A stretch of DNA of 64,000 nt from Christensenella sp. UBA1242 (lineage in GTDB: Bacteria > Bacillota > Clostridia > Christensenellales > UBA1242). The DNA lies in the NCBI GenBank assembly GCA_002308915.1, contig DBWI01000024.1, positions 2,004 to 66,003 of the forward strand. Direction: 5' to 3'. Below are positions 49,106 to 58,369 of the stretch, in pieces. Made by a program: the position numbers and the translations under genes. The stretch's first letter is position 1. Every line of letters begins with the position of its first letter. The notes beneath the pieces were generated by a model that did not search any database, was not told where the DNA came from, and worked only from the letters and a program-made list of their open reading frames with translations.

Positions 49106-49411
49106 TTACTCCTTACATAATTTTATTACTTCATCTGCAATGCCCTTGTTTTTTATTCCAACAACTTTGCAATTTGAAATATTAACAATTTTATCAAAGT
49201 CATCTGGTATTAATGTTAAAACTTCACAATTCGTTCTTTTGGCATTATCCTCAACGATTTTGCTTAGGTTTTTTCCTCCATTATCACTTTTGATTACCAA
49301 ATACAACTTTTTATCATAATTCTTTAAATAGTCACTTCCAATTATTAAGTATCCTGCTTTGCGTGCAATATTGATGTAACCTTTAATTTTTTGAATTATT
49401 TCCTTCTGCAA
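49106..49411 (-). CDS. L7Ae-family RNA-binding protein (YlxQ-like)
   Basis: 101 aa with the ARKAGYLIIGSDY motif. Lies between ylxR and infB. Confidence 0.8.
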   Translation of the reverse strand: MQKEIIQKIKGYINIARKAGYLIIGSDYLKNYDKKLYLVIKSDNGGKNLSKIVEDNAKRTNCEVLTLIPDDFDKIVNISNCKVVGIKNKGIADEVIKLCKE

Positions 49412-49658
49412 TATTCAACTCCTCAAATAATTTATTATATATTTCTTGTGAAATATTGAGCTTATATACGCGATTAAGTATTTTTTTTGAAATTAATGCT
49501 GTTTTGCATGAATTGTCATTACAAACATAACAACCTTTTCCAGTCTTTTGTTTTAAGTTATCTAAATAAACTTCATCATTGACAAGTGTAATTCTTATCA
49601 TATTCTTTTTGTCTTGTTTCTTTTTACAAACGCAACAAGTTCGAATGATTTCTTTCAT
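49383..49658 (-). CDS. ylxR: YlxR/RnpM-family protein (DUF448)
   Basis: RTCCVCKKKQDKKNMIRI and GKGCYVC motifs. Follows nusA. Confidence 0.85.
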   Translation of the reverse strand: MKEIIRTCCVCKKKQDKKNMIRITLVNDEVYLDNLKQKTGKGCYVCNDNSCKTALISKKILNRVYKLNISQEIYNKLFEELNIAEGNNSKN

Positions 49659-50863
49659 TATTCACCATCTGTATCATCAAAATCTGTAAGTTCAACAACT
49701 TCACTTAATTCATCATTTGACATTGGGTCAAGTTGAATTTCTTCCAAACTTGCAAATGAATCCATGTCATCATCACCAGAAACATCAGAAAGTTCATATT
49801 CAACATCTTTAACTTCATTGTTTTGCGTTTCTGATAATGGCTTAACATCAATTTTCCAACCAGTAAGTCTTGCAGCTAATCTAACATTTTGACCACTTTT
49901 ACCTATTGCAAGACTAAGTTTGTCATCAGGAACAATTGCTCTTGAAGATTTTAAACTTTCATTTATTTCTATACTGATTACTTTTGCTGGACTTAATGCA
50001 TTTGCAATATATTCAATTGGGTCATCTGAATATGGAACCAAATCAATCTTTTCTCCATTAAGTTCATTCATTATTGTATTAATTCTTACTCCATGATTAC
50101 CAACACAAGCACCTAATGCATCAATGTGTGGTTTAGTTGACATAATAGCAATCTTAGATCTATTTCCAGCATCTCTAACAAGATTTTTGATAACAACATC
50201 ACCACTTTCGATTTCTGGAATTTCAACTTCCATTAATCTTCTTAAAAATCCAACAGCTGTTCTTGATACTTGAATTTGAATACCTTTGAAAGTATCTTTA
50301 ATTTTCTTAACATATACTTTAATTCTATCATTAACATGATATTTTTCACCAGGTATTTGATCTTGTTCAAGCATAACACCTTCTGTATGAGAACCAGCAA
50401 TTTGAACATAAACAATATTTTTGTCTATTCTTTTTACTATTGTTGTTAATAGTTCATCTTCTTTTTGATTAAGTTCTTCAATAGCATATTGTCTTTCAAT
50501 TTCTTTAAGTTTTTGCATAACAACTTGTTTTGCTGTTTGTGCTGCAATTCTTCCGAAATCTTTTGTGTTTTCTTCTTGCATTATTGTATCACCAATCTTG
50601 TAAGATGCTTTAATCTTTTTGGCATCTTCAAGACTGATTTCCTTGTCTTGATTTTCAACTTCTTCAACTACTGTTTTGTAACTATAAATTTTAATAGTAT
50701 TCTTTTCTGGAACAAGTTTAACAAAAGCACTTTTTGCTTCGCCATACATTTTTTTGTATGCTGAAGTTAATGCGTTTTCTAATGTTTCAATAAGTTGTTG
50801 TGCGTTAATCTTTTTTGTTACTTCAAGTTCTTCTAATGCTTGAAAAAAATCTTTATTTGTCAT
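49658..50863 (-). CDS. nusA: transcription termination/antitermination factor NusA
   Basis: N-terminal domain, S1 and two KH domains (GACVGNHGVRI, AIGKSGQNVRLAARLTGWKIDV), and an acidic tail. Confidence 0.96.
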   Translation of the reverse strand: MTNKDFFQALEELEVTKKINAQQLIETLENALTSAYKKMYGEAKSAFVKLVPEKNTIKIYSYKTVVEEVENQDKEISLEDAKKIKASYKIGDTIMQEENTKDFGRIAAQTAKQVVMQKLKEIERQYAIEELNQKEDELLTTIVKRIDKNIVYVQIAGSHTEGVMLEQDQIPGEKYHVNDRIKVYVKKIKDTFKGIQIQVSRTAVGFLRRLMEVEIPEIESGDVVIKNLVRDAGNRSKIAIMSTKPHIDALGACVGNHGVRINTIMNELNGEKIDLVPYSDDPIEYIANALSPAKVISIEINESLKSSRAIVPDDKLSLAIGKSGQNVRLAARLTGWKIDVKPLSETQNNEVKDVEYELSDVSGDDDMDSFASLEEIQLDPMSNDELSEVVELTDFDDTDGE

Positions 50864-50874
50864 TTCTTTTCTCC

Positions 50875-51336
50875 TTAAAATTCTATCACTGGGCTAATTT
50901 GTGCAACTTCTTTTCTATCAAAAGTTAAATTTTGTTTACCATCAAATATTGTAACTTCTGTTTCAGAAAAATCAATAAGTTCTCCGACAAACCTTTTTGC
51001 CCCATTTTTTTGTTTGTAGAGTGTTATTTCAACCTTTTTGCCTTTATTTTTAATAAAATCTCTTTGATTTTTTATTGGTCTATCTAAACCAGGTGAACTA
51101 ACATTCAAAATATATGGTTCGTCGTTTGTAATATTGATTTCATCCAATAAATCTGTAATTGCATTATTAACTTTTTCACAATCATCAATTTGTATACCAT
51201 TTGATGAATCAATGTAAAAAGTCAAATTCATTCCATCAACTTTTTTTGCGTACTCAACCTCAACAACTTCATAGCCAAGACTTTCTATTATTGGATTGAT
51301 TTTTTGTTCGCAAATTTCTACAACCTTACTTGCCAT
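50875..51336 (-). CDS. rimP: ribosome maturation factor RimP
   Basis: 153 aa with the VSSPGLDRPI motif. Lies immediately upstream of nusA. Confidence 0.92.
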   Translation of the reverse strand: MASKVVEICEQKINPIIESLGYEVVEVEYAKKVDGMNLTFYIDSSNGIQIDDCEKVNNAITDLLDEINITNDEPYILNVSSPGLDRPIKNQRDFIKNKGKKVEITLYKQKNGAKRFVGELIDFSETEVTIFDGKQNLTFDRKEVAQISPVIEF

Positions 51337-51355
51337 AAATTTTCTCCTATCTACA

Positions 51356-51386
51356 ATTAAGAGTGGGCTGTTCGCCCACTCTTAAT
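51356..51386 (-). promoter_or_regulatory. strong stem-loop in the rimP-nusA 5' leader
   Basis: Perfect 13-bp stem ATTAAGAGTGGGC (51356-51368) / GCCCACTCTTAAT (51374-51386) with a 5-nt loop. No U-tract follows. It lies 19 nt upstream of the rimP ATG and just downstream of the predicted TSS. Confidence 0.7.
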
Positions 51387-51398
51387 CTAGCATAATTT

Positions 51399-51428
51399 AT
51401 TCTAACATAAACTATAATATAAAATCAA
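51399..51428 (-). promoter_or_regulatory. extended -10 promoter for rimP-nusA-infB
   Basis: Minus strand: TTGATT (51428-51423), 18 nt, TGt-TAGAAT (51407-51399). Confidence 0.5.
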
Positions 51429-51446
51429 TAACTTTTATTGTTTTTT

Positions 51447-53006
51447 TTATATTTCATTTATTTTTAATAAAACTTTTGCAGTCATCAATGCATCTGCCAA
51501 AGCTCTGTGTGCATTAAAATCACCTAATTCTAATGCATCAACAACATTTGAAAGTTTATATTTTGGAAGATATAACTTTTTTCTAACAAGTTCCAAACAA
51601 TCAACTATTTTATTATCAAATGACAATGCAACTCTTTCTGCTGCAGATTGTATAAACCCAACATCAAAAAGTACATTATAACCAGACAAAATACTTCCTT
51701 CACAGAACTTGTAAAAATCTTGTATAACAACATCACATTTTGGTGCATCTTGAAGCATTTCCTGTGTAATTGATGTAATATCAACAATTTTTTCTTCAAG
51801 TTCTTTTGAAGTATAAACTAGTGTTTGAAATTGTTCAGTGATAACCCCCTTGTCCAATTTTACTGCACCAATTTCTATTATTTCATCAAAACGACTATCT
51901 AGGCCAGTTGTCTCACAATCAAATACAACAAATGTATTATTCATTATAAAATCATTGTATTTTGCAACTGTGTCAAACAAATTGGCTTGTTTATTCTCAA
52001 TATATGGCTTTGGTTTGATGAGTTGATATTTGTCAATATGTACATCATGTTGAATTTCAACTTTTTCATCAACAATAACTTGCGGATTTATTATTTCACA
52101 TAAAGATAAACTTCTTATATACAAAGTAGTATCTCTTTCTGTCTTTTTGATATCCCCAATAACTAATATTTTGTCGCCATCTTTAATTTTCCTAATTTTT
52201 GGCAAATTGGCTTTTGTTGAAAAATATATGGCAGAAATTGATTTAGTATGATCAGTTAAAGTGAATTTATAATAGTAACTAGGCTCTTCGCTGCCTTTCT
52301 TTTTTGATCTTCTTGATATATATGTCTTTTCAACCAAATTTTCAACCTTCCCAGCAAGAATCACAGAAAGCTTGCTTTCCTCTTGGTCAATAATTTGTTC
52401 AGGCATTGGAGTAATCTCTTTACCAAATATCACTTCTGGTTCATAAACCAAATATCTGGCAACATTTTTAGGCTTTGGAATATTTTCATATATTTGTTTT
52501 TCATGATCAACTAAAGCTGACTCATCAATTTGTTTGTTGCTTTGGCATGCCTTTATTGAAAAACTTCCAATAAAATTTCTATCCAATGCCTCAATTAACT
52601 TGAACTTTAAATTATTATTAAAAAAATAATCATATAGTTCTTTTATTAAATATAATACAATTTCAACTTGATCCTCATTAATATTTACCTCAACACTATC
52701 CTGTTTGTAATAAACAAACATAGATGGCAATGTATCCTTAAAGTAATTTAACAAGAATTTTTGAATTAATTCTTTATCTAAATAGCTTTTTTTGAATTTT
52801 ACTTTTACATTGCAACCCACTTGCAGTGTTGATATAACAAAATTTGTTATTTCTTTTTTTTCGTTTGAAGACAATTCAAGATCGTTAGGATGCAAAAAAC
52901 AAACTTCTGCACAAGACAAAAGAGTGTTATAATCTACACCTAACACTCTTAACCTTTCATATTTATTATTAAATTCCTTATTTAATAAATTTAATATTTC
53001 CATCAT
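51447..53006 (-). CDS. PolC-like N-terminal/OB-fold region fused to a DEDDh 3'-5' exonuclease (no PHP or polymerase domains)
   Basis: C-terminal ~170 aa carry Exo I FVVFDCETTGL, Exo II GYNVLFDVGF and Exo III HRALADA. Residues ~205-295 look like the PolC OB domain (VILAGKVENLVEK...YYKFTLTDHTKSISAIYF...IKDGDKILVIGDIKK). Occupies the rseP-[polC]-rimP slot. Confidence 0.65.
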   Translation of the reverse strand: MMEILNLLNKEFNNKYERLRVLGVDYNTLLSCAEVCFLHPNDLELSSNEKKEITNFVISTLQVGCNVKVKFKKSYLDKELIQKFLLNYFKDTLPSMFVYYKQDSVEVNINEDQVEIVLYLIKELYDYFFNNNLKFKLIEALDRNFIGSFSIKACQSNKQIDESALVDHEKQIYENIPKPKNVARYLVYEPEVIFGKEITPMPEQIIDQEESKLSVILAGKVENLVEKTYISRRSKKKGSEEPSYYYKFTLTDHTKSISAIYFSTKANLPKIRKIKDGDKILVIGDIKKTERDTTLYIRSLSLCEIINPQVIVDEKVEIQHDVHIDKYQLIKPKPYIENKQANLFDTVAKYNDFIMNNTFVVFDCETTGLDSRFDEIIEIGAVKLDKGVITEQFQTLVYTSKELEEKIVDITSITQEMLQDAPKCDVVIQDFYKFCEGSILSGYNVLFDVGFIQSAAERVALSFDNKIVDCLELVRKKLYLPKYKLSNVVDALELGDFNAHRALADALMTAKVLLKINEI

Positions 53007-54268
53007 ATACCACTAAAAATTAAATGCACTATATCGGCAACTATAACAAAGCCTAACAAGAATAATAGTCCATAAGTATGGATATAATTTTCAACTTTTC
53101 TTGAAACGACTGGCTTTCTGAATATCCACTCTAGCAAGGTAAATACAGCATGCCCACCATCTAATGCTGGTATTGGTAAAAAGTTAAATACAGCAAGATT
53201 TGAAGCCAATAATGGAAGTAATATAAACAAATTCACAAAGTTTTCTTGTATGCGTGCAGACATTACTGCAATTGTTGATATTGAACCACCCAATTCTTTA
53301 AACGCAATTTGTCCAGTAATTATTTGTCCAAAGCCTTTTAAAACTACCCATGCAAAACCAAATGCAACTTCAAAAGACCTACCAAGTGCTTCAAGAAAAC
53401 TATGTTGATAAGCTGAACAAGAAAATCCGCCAACTAAAACATTTGCTGTTGTTCCATCTTCTTTTGTTTCCACTTCTTCTTTTAATCTAATCACAACATC
53501 AACCATTTTATTATCACGTTTTACTGTTAATGTTATGTCCTTATCTGCACCTTGTTCTCCAAGAAATTGGCTAAAAGTTCCAGAGAAAGCAAAACTAATT
53601 TGTTTGCCATTTACTTTCCAAATAACATCACCTTCTTGAAGTTCCCCATAATATGCAGCATAATCTGGATTTAGTTGTGATACTTTTGGAATATCGTATC
53701 CAAACCCTAGCAACAATATAAAAGAAAACAAAATAGCACTCAAAAAGTTAAATGTAACTCCTGCAGCGTATACCAAAAGCCTTTTCCATGGCTTTTGTTC
53801 ATTAAACAACAAATAATCTCTTTCTTTTTTGTTTTCAATTATTTCCTTGTTTGGTATTTCTTTTATTTCATCAATAATCTCTGATGCTTTTTCACTCACT
53901 TTGAGTTCTTTGTTTTCATCTGCATTTGAAGAGTCGATTTGAACTTCTGCTTCATTATTTATTTCATTGTTATCTGAAGTTTTTTCATCTTTATTCTCGT
54001 CTACGTCTTCTTCATCTTCTTCACCAGCAAATGCACAATAACCACCTAAAGGAAAAATACGAAGTGAAATTAACTCACCTCGTTTGTTCTTATGTTGAAT
54101 TATTGCTTTTCCAAAACCAACGGAAAATTCATTGATTTTGAAACCAAGCCATCTTCCTATAATGTAATGTCCAAATTCATGAATCAATACCATTAAAAGA
54201 AGAATAACAATAGCAAGAACTACATACATAATAGTAGAAAAAATACCTGCACAAATTAAACTCATCAA
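53003..54268 (-). CDS. rseP: RIP metalloprotease RseP/RasP (M50, PDZ-containing)
   Basis: HEFGHYIIGRWLG, GGYCAFAGE, a PDZ-like segment (GDVIWKVNG) and FNFLPIPALDGGH. Confidence 0.92.
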   Translation of the reverse strand: MMSLICAGIFSTIMYVVLAIVILLLMVLIHEFGHYIIGRWLGFKINEFSVGFGKAIIQHKNKRGELISLRIFPLGGYCAFAGEEDEEDVDENKDEKTSDNNEINNEAEVQIDSSNADENKELKVSEKASEIIDEIKEIPNKEIIENKKERDYLLFNEQKPWKRLLVYAAGVTFNFLSAILFSFILLLGFGYDIPKVSQLNPDYAAYYGELQEGDVIWKVNGKQISFAFSGTFSQFLGEQGADKDITLTVKRDNKMVDVVIRLKEEVETKEDGTTANVLVGGFSCSAYQHSFLEALGRSFEVAFGFAWVVLKGFGQIITGQIAFKELGGSISTIAVMSARIQENFVNLFILLPLLASNLAVFNFLPIPALDGGHAVFTLLEWIFRKPVVSRKVENYIHTYGLLFLLGFVIVADIVHLIFSGI

Positions 54269-54274
54269 ATTCTC

Positions 54275-55222
54275 CTATAATACAATAATTAAGAATAGCA
54301 TTACAACAAGTATACTTAACAAATGGCTATCCATTCTATCCAATATACCACCATGTCCTGGCAAAAGAGTTCCTGAATCTTTTACATTTGCTTTACGCTT
54401 TAACCAACTTTCAAAAAGGTCACCAAGTTGACACAAAATACTAGCAACAGCACCAACTATAATCAACTGCCAGAAATGAAGCCCAACACTTGCAAAAGTA
54501 GCAGAATATTCTGGTATAGCATCAAAAATCAAGAACAAAGCAACTGCACTTATTGTTCCCCAGACAAAACCTCCTATTGCTCCAGAGATTGTCTTGTTTG
54601 GACTAATCTTTGGACAAAGTTTTGGCCCTTTAAATAACATTCCTGTTAAGTATGCGAATGTATCTGTGAAAATTGGCATACAAAATGCTAATATTAAAGC
54701 AAAAGTTGCAATCATAGTTAAGCTATTTGCAGAATTATTAAATAAATATTGCAAGCCATTTAATTGATTAACAAATACAAATAATAACATCAAAAGTGCT
54801 GGATATAAATCGATTAACATTGTTTGAATAGATTTGTATATTGAAAAAGTTTCTACTTTTAATTTCAAATTTCTTGTTTGAATTTCATTTTGAGTCTTTT
54901 TGTAAGTAATAAGGCAATAAAACCATTGTGCCATAACAAAAACAATTATTAATGACAATTGAACTAAAACAAGAAGATACCACTTCATGTTTACATTAAT
55001 CCCCAAAATATAAAATCCATAAGCAAATACTGGATAAACAACAGCAAAATATAAATTATTGTATAAACCCATCTTTGCCATAAGTTTACTCATTTCATAG
55101 CAACCAATAACTGCTAAAACCAAAATAAATGCATCAAAAATATATGGTGTTAACTGTCTTGAAATAAGAGCTAATACCAATGCTGCAATCATTGTGATGC
55201 CTGTAAAAAATCTTTGTTTCAT
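54275..55222 (-). CDS. cdsA: phosphatidate cytidylyltransferase
   Basis: C-terminal signature SWLKRKANVKDSGTLLPGHGGILDRMDS. Polytopic membrane protein. Confidence 0.92.
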   Translation of the reverse strand: MKQRFFTGITMIAALVLALISRQLTPYIFDAFILVLAVIGCYEMSKLMAKMGLYNNLYFAVVYPVFAYGFYILGINVNMKWYLLVLVQLSLIIVFVMAQWFYCLITYKKTQNEIQTRNLKLKVETFSIYKSIQTMLIDLYPALLMLLFVFVNQLNGLQYLFNNSANSLTMIATFALILAFCMPIFTDTFAYLTGMLFKGPKLCPKISPNKTISGAIGGFVWGTISAVALFLIFDAIPEYSATFASVGLHFWQLIIVGAVASILCQLGDLFESWLKRKANVKDSGTLLPGHGGILDRMDSHLLSILVVMLFLIIVL

Positions 55223-55938
55223 TATTTTTTCTCCTGTTTTATGCTTCCAAAACGTCTTTCTCGTTTTTGGTAATTAATTATTGCCCTAATTAAAGCTTTT
55301 TTATCAAAATCAGGCCAATAAATTTTAGGAAAATATAGTTCACTATATGCCCCTTGTAATAACATGAAATTACTCAATCTTTGTTCTCCACTTGTCCTGA
55401 TTATCAAATCTGGATCTGGCAAATCAAAGGTATAAAGTTCTTTCATTAGTTCTTGTTCAGTAATACTCTTTGCACCTTTATTAATAAGAGAATTATAAGC
55501 TCTAACAACTTCTGCTCTTGAACCATAATTTAATCCTATATTGATAATAATGCTATTATTATTTTGGGTTTTTTCGATTATATCTATTAACTTTTTATAT
55601 AAAGAACTTGGAAGTTTTGATATGTCACCCATAGTTCTTATTTTAATATTACTGGACATTAATTGTTCATAGTTTGTATCAATATAGTTTTCAATTAAGT
55701 CAAATATTCCGTCAACTTCTTCTTTGCTCCTATTCCAATTTTCTGTTGAAAAAGCAAAAAAAGACATAACTTTAACACCAAGCTCTTTAGCAGCATCAAC
55801 AACTCTTTTTAAAGCATTGACGCCAGCCTTGTGGCCTGCAAGTCTGGGCAATAATCTCTTCTTTGCCCATCTGCCATTCCCATCCATTATTATTGCAATG
55901 TGAACTGGAATATTATTTGAATCTATTTTTTTGAACAT
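55222..55938 (-). CDS. uppS: undecaprenyl diphosphate synthase (isoprenyl transferase)
   Basis: HIAIIMDGNGRWAK, FSTENWNR and IRTSGEQRLSNF motifs. ATG 55938 is preferred over the TTG at 55941. Confidence 0.95.
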   Translation of the reverse strand: MFKKIDSNNIPVHIAIIMDGNGRWAKKRLLPRLAGHKAGVNALKRVVDAAKELGVKVMSFFAFSTENWNRSKEEVDGIFDLIENYIDTNYEQLMSSNIKIRTMGDISKLPSSLYKKLIDIIEKTQNNNSIIINIGLNYGSRAEVVRAYNSLINKGAKSITEQELMKELYTFDLPDPDLIIRTSGEQRLSNFMLLQGAYSELYFPKIYWPDFDKKALIRAIINYQKRERRFGSIKQEKK

Positions 55939-55942
55939 CAAG

Positions 55943-56134
55943 TCAATCCTTTAAATTAAATATAAATTCCCCTGTTGTTAAGATAACTGAATTATCTTGT
56001 AACACTTTTACATTTGTAACCAAAACAGTATCACCATTGACATTATGATTATTGCTTACTACAGTATACTTTATATTTTTGCTTTCAAGTTCTTTTTGGC
56101 AATCTGTCAACGTTCTACCGATTAAATGTTCCAT
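55943..56134 (-). CDS. small hypothetical protein, PASTA-like by eye
   Basis: 63 aa. Its start ATG overlaps the frr stop (TAATG), and its stop lies 4 nt before the uppS ATG, so it appears translationally coupled. IGRTLTDCQKELESKNIKYTVV...GDTVLVTNV...VILTTG resembles a single PASTA repeat. Confidence 0.4.
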   Translation of the reverse strand: MEHLIGRTLTDCQKELESKNIKYTVVSNNHNVNGDTVLVTNVKVLQDNSVILTTGEFIFNLKD

Positions 56135-56706
56135 TAGATTTCCATCACTTCTTTTTCTTTGTCGGCACTTTCTTTGTCACAAAGGGAAATATATTTATCT
56201 TGAAGCTTTTGAACTTCATCTTCAAGTCCTGAATATTCATCTTCACTTATTTCAGAATCTTTTTTCATCTGCTTAAACATATCAAGACAATCACGTCTTG
56301 CATTTCTCATAACAACTTTTGTTTCCTCAGCAAGTTTTTTAACTTGTTTAACAATTTCTCTTCTGCGTTCTTCTGTTAAAGCTGGGAAAATTAATCTGAT
56401 AATTTTTCCATCATCAGTTGGTTGCACTCCAAGGTCAGCAGCTTGAATTGCCTTTGAAACATTTTTAAGTTGACTTTGATCCCACACATTTATCGCAAGA
56501 ACTCTTGCTTCTTGAACATTTATGTTTGCCATTTGATTTATTGGAGTTGGCACACCATAATATTCAACAACAACTTTATCCAAAATATGTGGATTTGCTC
56601 TTCCTGCCCTTATAATTTGATACTCAGAAATAAGGTGGTCAAGTGCTTTAGTTAAGTCTTCTTCATATTCCAACTTAACCTCATTTACCATTTCTTCGTC
56701 TTGCAT
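56134..56706 (-). CDS. frr: ribosome recycling factor
   Basis: 190 aa with IRAGRANPHILDKVVVEYYG and LTEERRREIVK motifs. Confidence 0.96.
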   Translation of the reverse strand: MQDEEMVNEVKLEYEEDLTKALDHLISEYQIIRAGRANPHILDKVVVEYYGVPTPINQMANINVQEARVLAINVWDQSQLKNVSKAIQAADLGVQPTDDGKIIRLIFPALTEERRREIVKQVKKLAEETKVVMRNARRDCLDMFKQMKKDSEISEDEYSGLEDEVQKLQDKYISLCDKESADKEKEVMEI

Positions 56707-56782
56707 AATTTCTCCTTATATAATATTTTATTACTATTCATAATATTACAATATTAAGCAACATAAATCAAATGTTTTTGTA

Positions 56783-56820
56783 CAAAAAGAAAAATCCACT
56801 ATCAAATTTAGTGGATTTTT
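56783..56820 (-). terminator. intrinsic terminator after tsf
   Basis: Minus strand: AAATCCACT-loop-AGTGGATTT followed by TTCTTTTT. Confidence 0.8.
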
Positions 56821-56826
56821 TTTGAC

Positions 56827-57480
56827 TTAGTTTTTCTTTGCAGTCATCTTGGCAATTTCTTCAGCAAGATTATCTTGTCTTTTTTCAAGACCTTCGCCCA
56901 TTTCGTAACGAACAAATCTTCTAATACTAATTTTTTCACCAAGTGCTAAAACTGCTTCATTAACAACTTCTTTTACAGTCTTTGAAGGATCTTTTACAAA
57001 ATCTTGTTCAAGCAAACAAATTTCTTTATAGAACTTGTTTATTCTTCCCTCAACCATTCTTTCAACAACTGCAGCTGGTTTACCCTCATTGAGAGATTGA
57101 GCAGTTAAAACTTCTTTTTCTTTTGCAACTTCTTCTGCAGGAACTTCATCTTGTCTTACATACTTTGGATTAGCAGCTGCAATTTGCATTGCAACATCTT
57201 TTAATAATGTTTTGAATTGATCACTTCTTGCAACGAAATCTGTTTCACAGTTGATTTCAACCAAAACACCAATCTTTCCACCCATATGAATATATGAGCC
57301 AACAGCACCTTCTGCAGCAATTCTATCTTGTTTTTTTGCTGCTGCTGCAATACCTTTTTCACGAAGCCATGTAACAGCTTTGTCAAAATCTCCATCGCTT
57401 TCTGTTAAAGCTTTTTTACAATCCATCATACCAGCACCTGTTGCGGTACGAAGTTTAACAACATCTTGTGCAGTAAACAT
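56827..57480 (-). CDS. tsf: elongation factor Ts (short form)
   Basis: [21 protein letters not shown]-like N-terminus and core domain. At 217 aa it is the short EF-Ts architecture. Confidence 0.95.
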   Translation of the reverse strand: MFTAQDVVKLRTATGAGMMDCKKALTESDGDFDKAVTWLREKGIAAAAKKQDRIAAEGAVGSYIHMGGKIGVLVEINCETDFVARSDQFKTLLKDVAMQIAAANPKYVRQDEVPAEEVAKEKEVLTAQSLNEGKPAAVVERMVEGRINKFYKEICLLEQDFVKDPSKTVKEVVNEAVLALGEKISIRRFVRYEMGEGLEKRQDNLAEEIAKMTAKKN

Positions 57481-57484
57481 TATA

Positions 57485-58369
57485 TTATTCTCCTTTATCT
57501 TCTGCAGCAGGAGCTTCTGCTACTTCTTCTGTTTCTTCAGCTTTTTCAACTTTCTTTGTTGATTTTCTTGGTTTTTTCTTTGGCTTTTCTTTGTCTTCAT
57601 CTTTTACTTCTGCTGTTTTAACTTCTGCCAAAACATCAGCCATATCGATATTGCCATCTTCTTCTGTTTCTTCTTTTTGAACACTTACGCCTTCTCTTGC
57701 TTCAATAACAGCGTCTGCCATAGCACCAGCAATAAGTTTTACTGAACGAATTGCATCGTCATTTCCTGGAATTACATAATCAATTCCTGTTGGGTCACAA
57801 TTTGTATCAATAAGTCCAACAAGTGGAATATTAAGAGCTTTTGCTTCTTTAATACAAATGTGTTCTTTTGTTGAGTCAACAACAAAGATAACGCCTGGCA
57901 TTTCTCTCATTTCTTTAATGCCACCAAGGTTAGCTTCTAGTTTTTCTCTTTCATGTTTAAGAATAGCTACTTCTTTCTTTGGAAGAAGTTCAAATTCACC
58001 TAATTTCTCCATTTGATTAAGTTTGTTTAATCTTTCTACTCTTTGTTTAATTGTTTTGAAGTTTGTGAGTGTACCACCTAGCCAACGATTGTTAACATAG
58101 AACATACCGCATCTCTCTGCTTCTTCTTTTACAGCTTCTTGAGCTTGTTTCTTTGTGCCTACAAACAATACTGATTTGCCTGAAGCAACTACGTCTCTAA
58201 CAAATGCATAAGCATTGTCAACGAGAACTGATGTTTCTTCTAGATTGATGATATGAATATCATTTCTTGCTGTGTAGATGTATGGAGCCATCTTAGGATT
58301 CCACTTTCTTGTTTGATGACCAAAGTGAACACCTGCTTCTAGAAGTTGTTTCATTGAAATAACTGACAT
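57485..58369 (-). CDS. rpsB: 30S ribosomal protein S2 with a K/E-rich C-terminal extension
   Basis: [27 protein letters not shown]. Start set to ATG 58369, preceded by AGGAGG; the track's 47-aa upstream extension is rejected. Confidence 0.96.
   Translation of the reverse strand: MSVISMKQLLEAGVHFGHQTRKWNPKMAPYIYTARNDIHIINLEETSVLVDNAYAFVRDVVASGKSVLFVGTKKQAQEAVKEEAERCGMFYVNNRWLGGTLTNFKTIKQRVERLNKLNQMEKLGEFELLPKKEVAILKHEREKLEANLGGIKEMREMPGVIFVVDSTKEHICIKEAKALNIPLVGLIDTNCDPTGIDYVIPGNDDAIRSVKLIAGAMADAVIEAREGVSVQKEETEEDGNIDMADVLAEVKTAEVKDEDKEKPKKKPRKSTKKVEKAEETEEVAEAPAAEDKGE

Noticed and set aside
53819-54022. An acidic low-complexity segment (EEDEEDVDENKDEK...NKEIIENKKE) sits inside RseP after the GGYCAFAGE motif and looked like an unusual insertion.
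   Set aside because: This position, between the first TM/HExxH region and the next TM helix, is a variable-length segment in Firmicute RasP/RseP homologues. The composition mirrors the genome-wide bias also seen in IF-2, S2, ScpB and the PadR-like linker.
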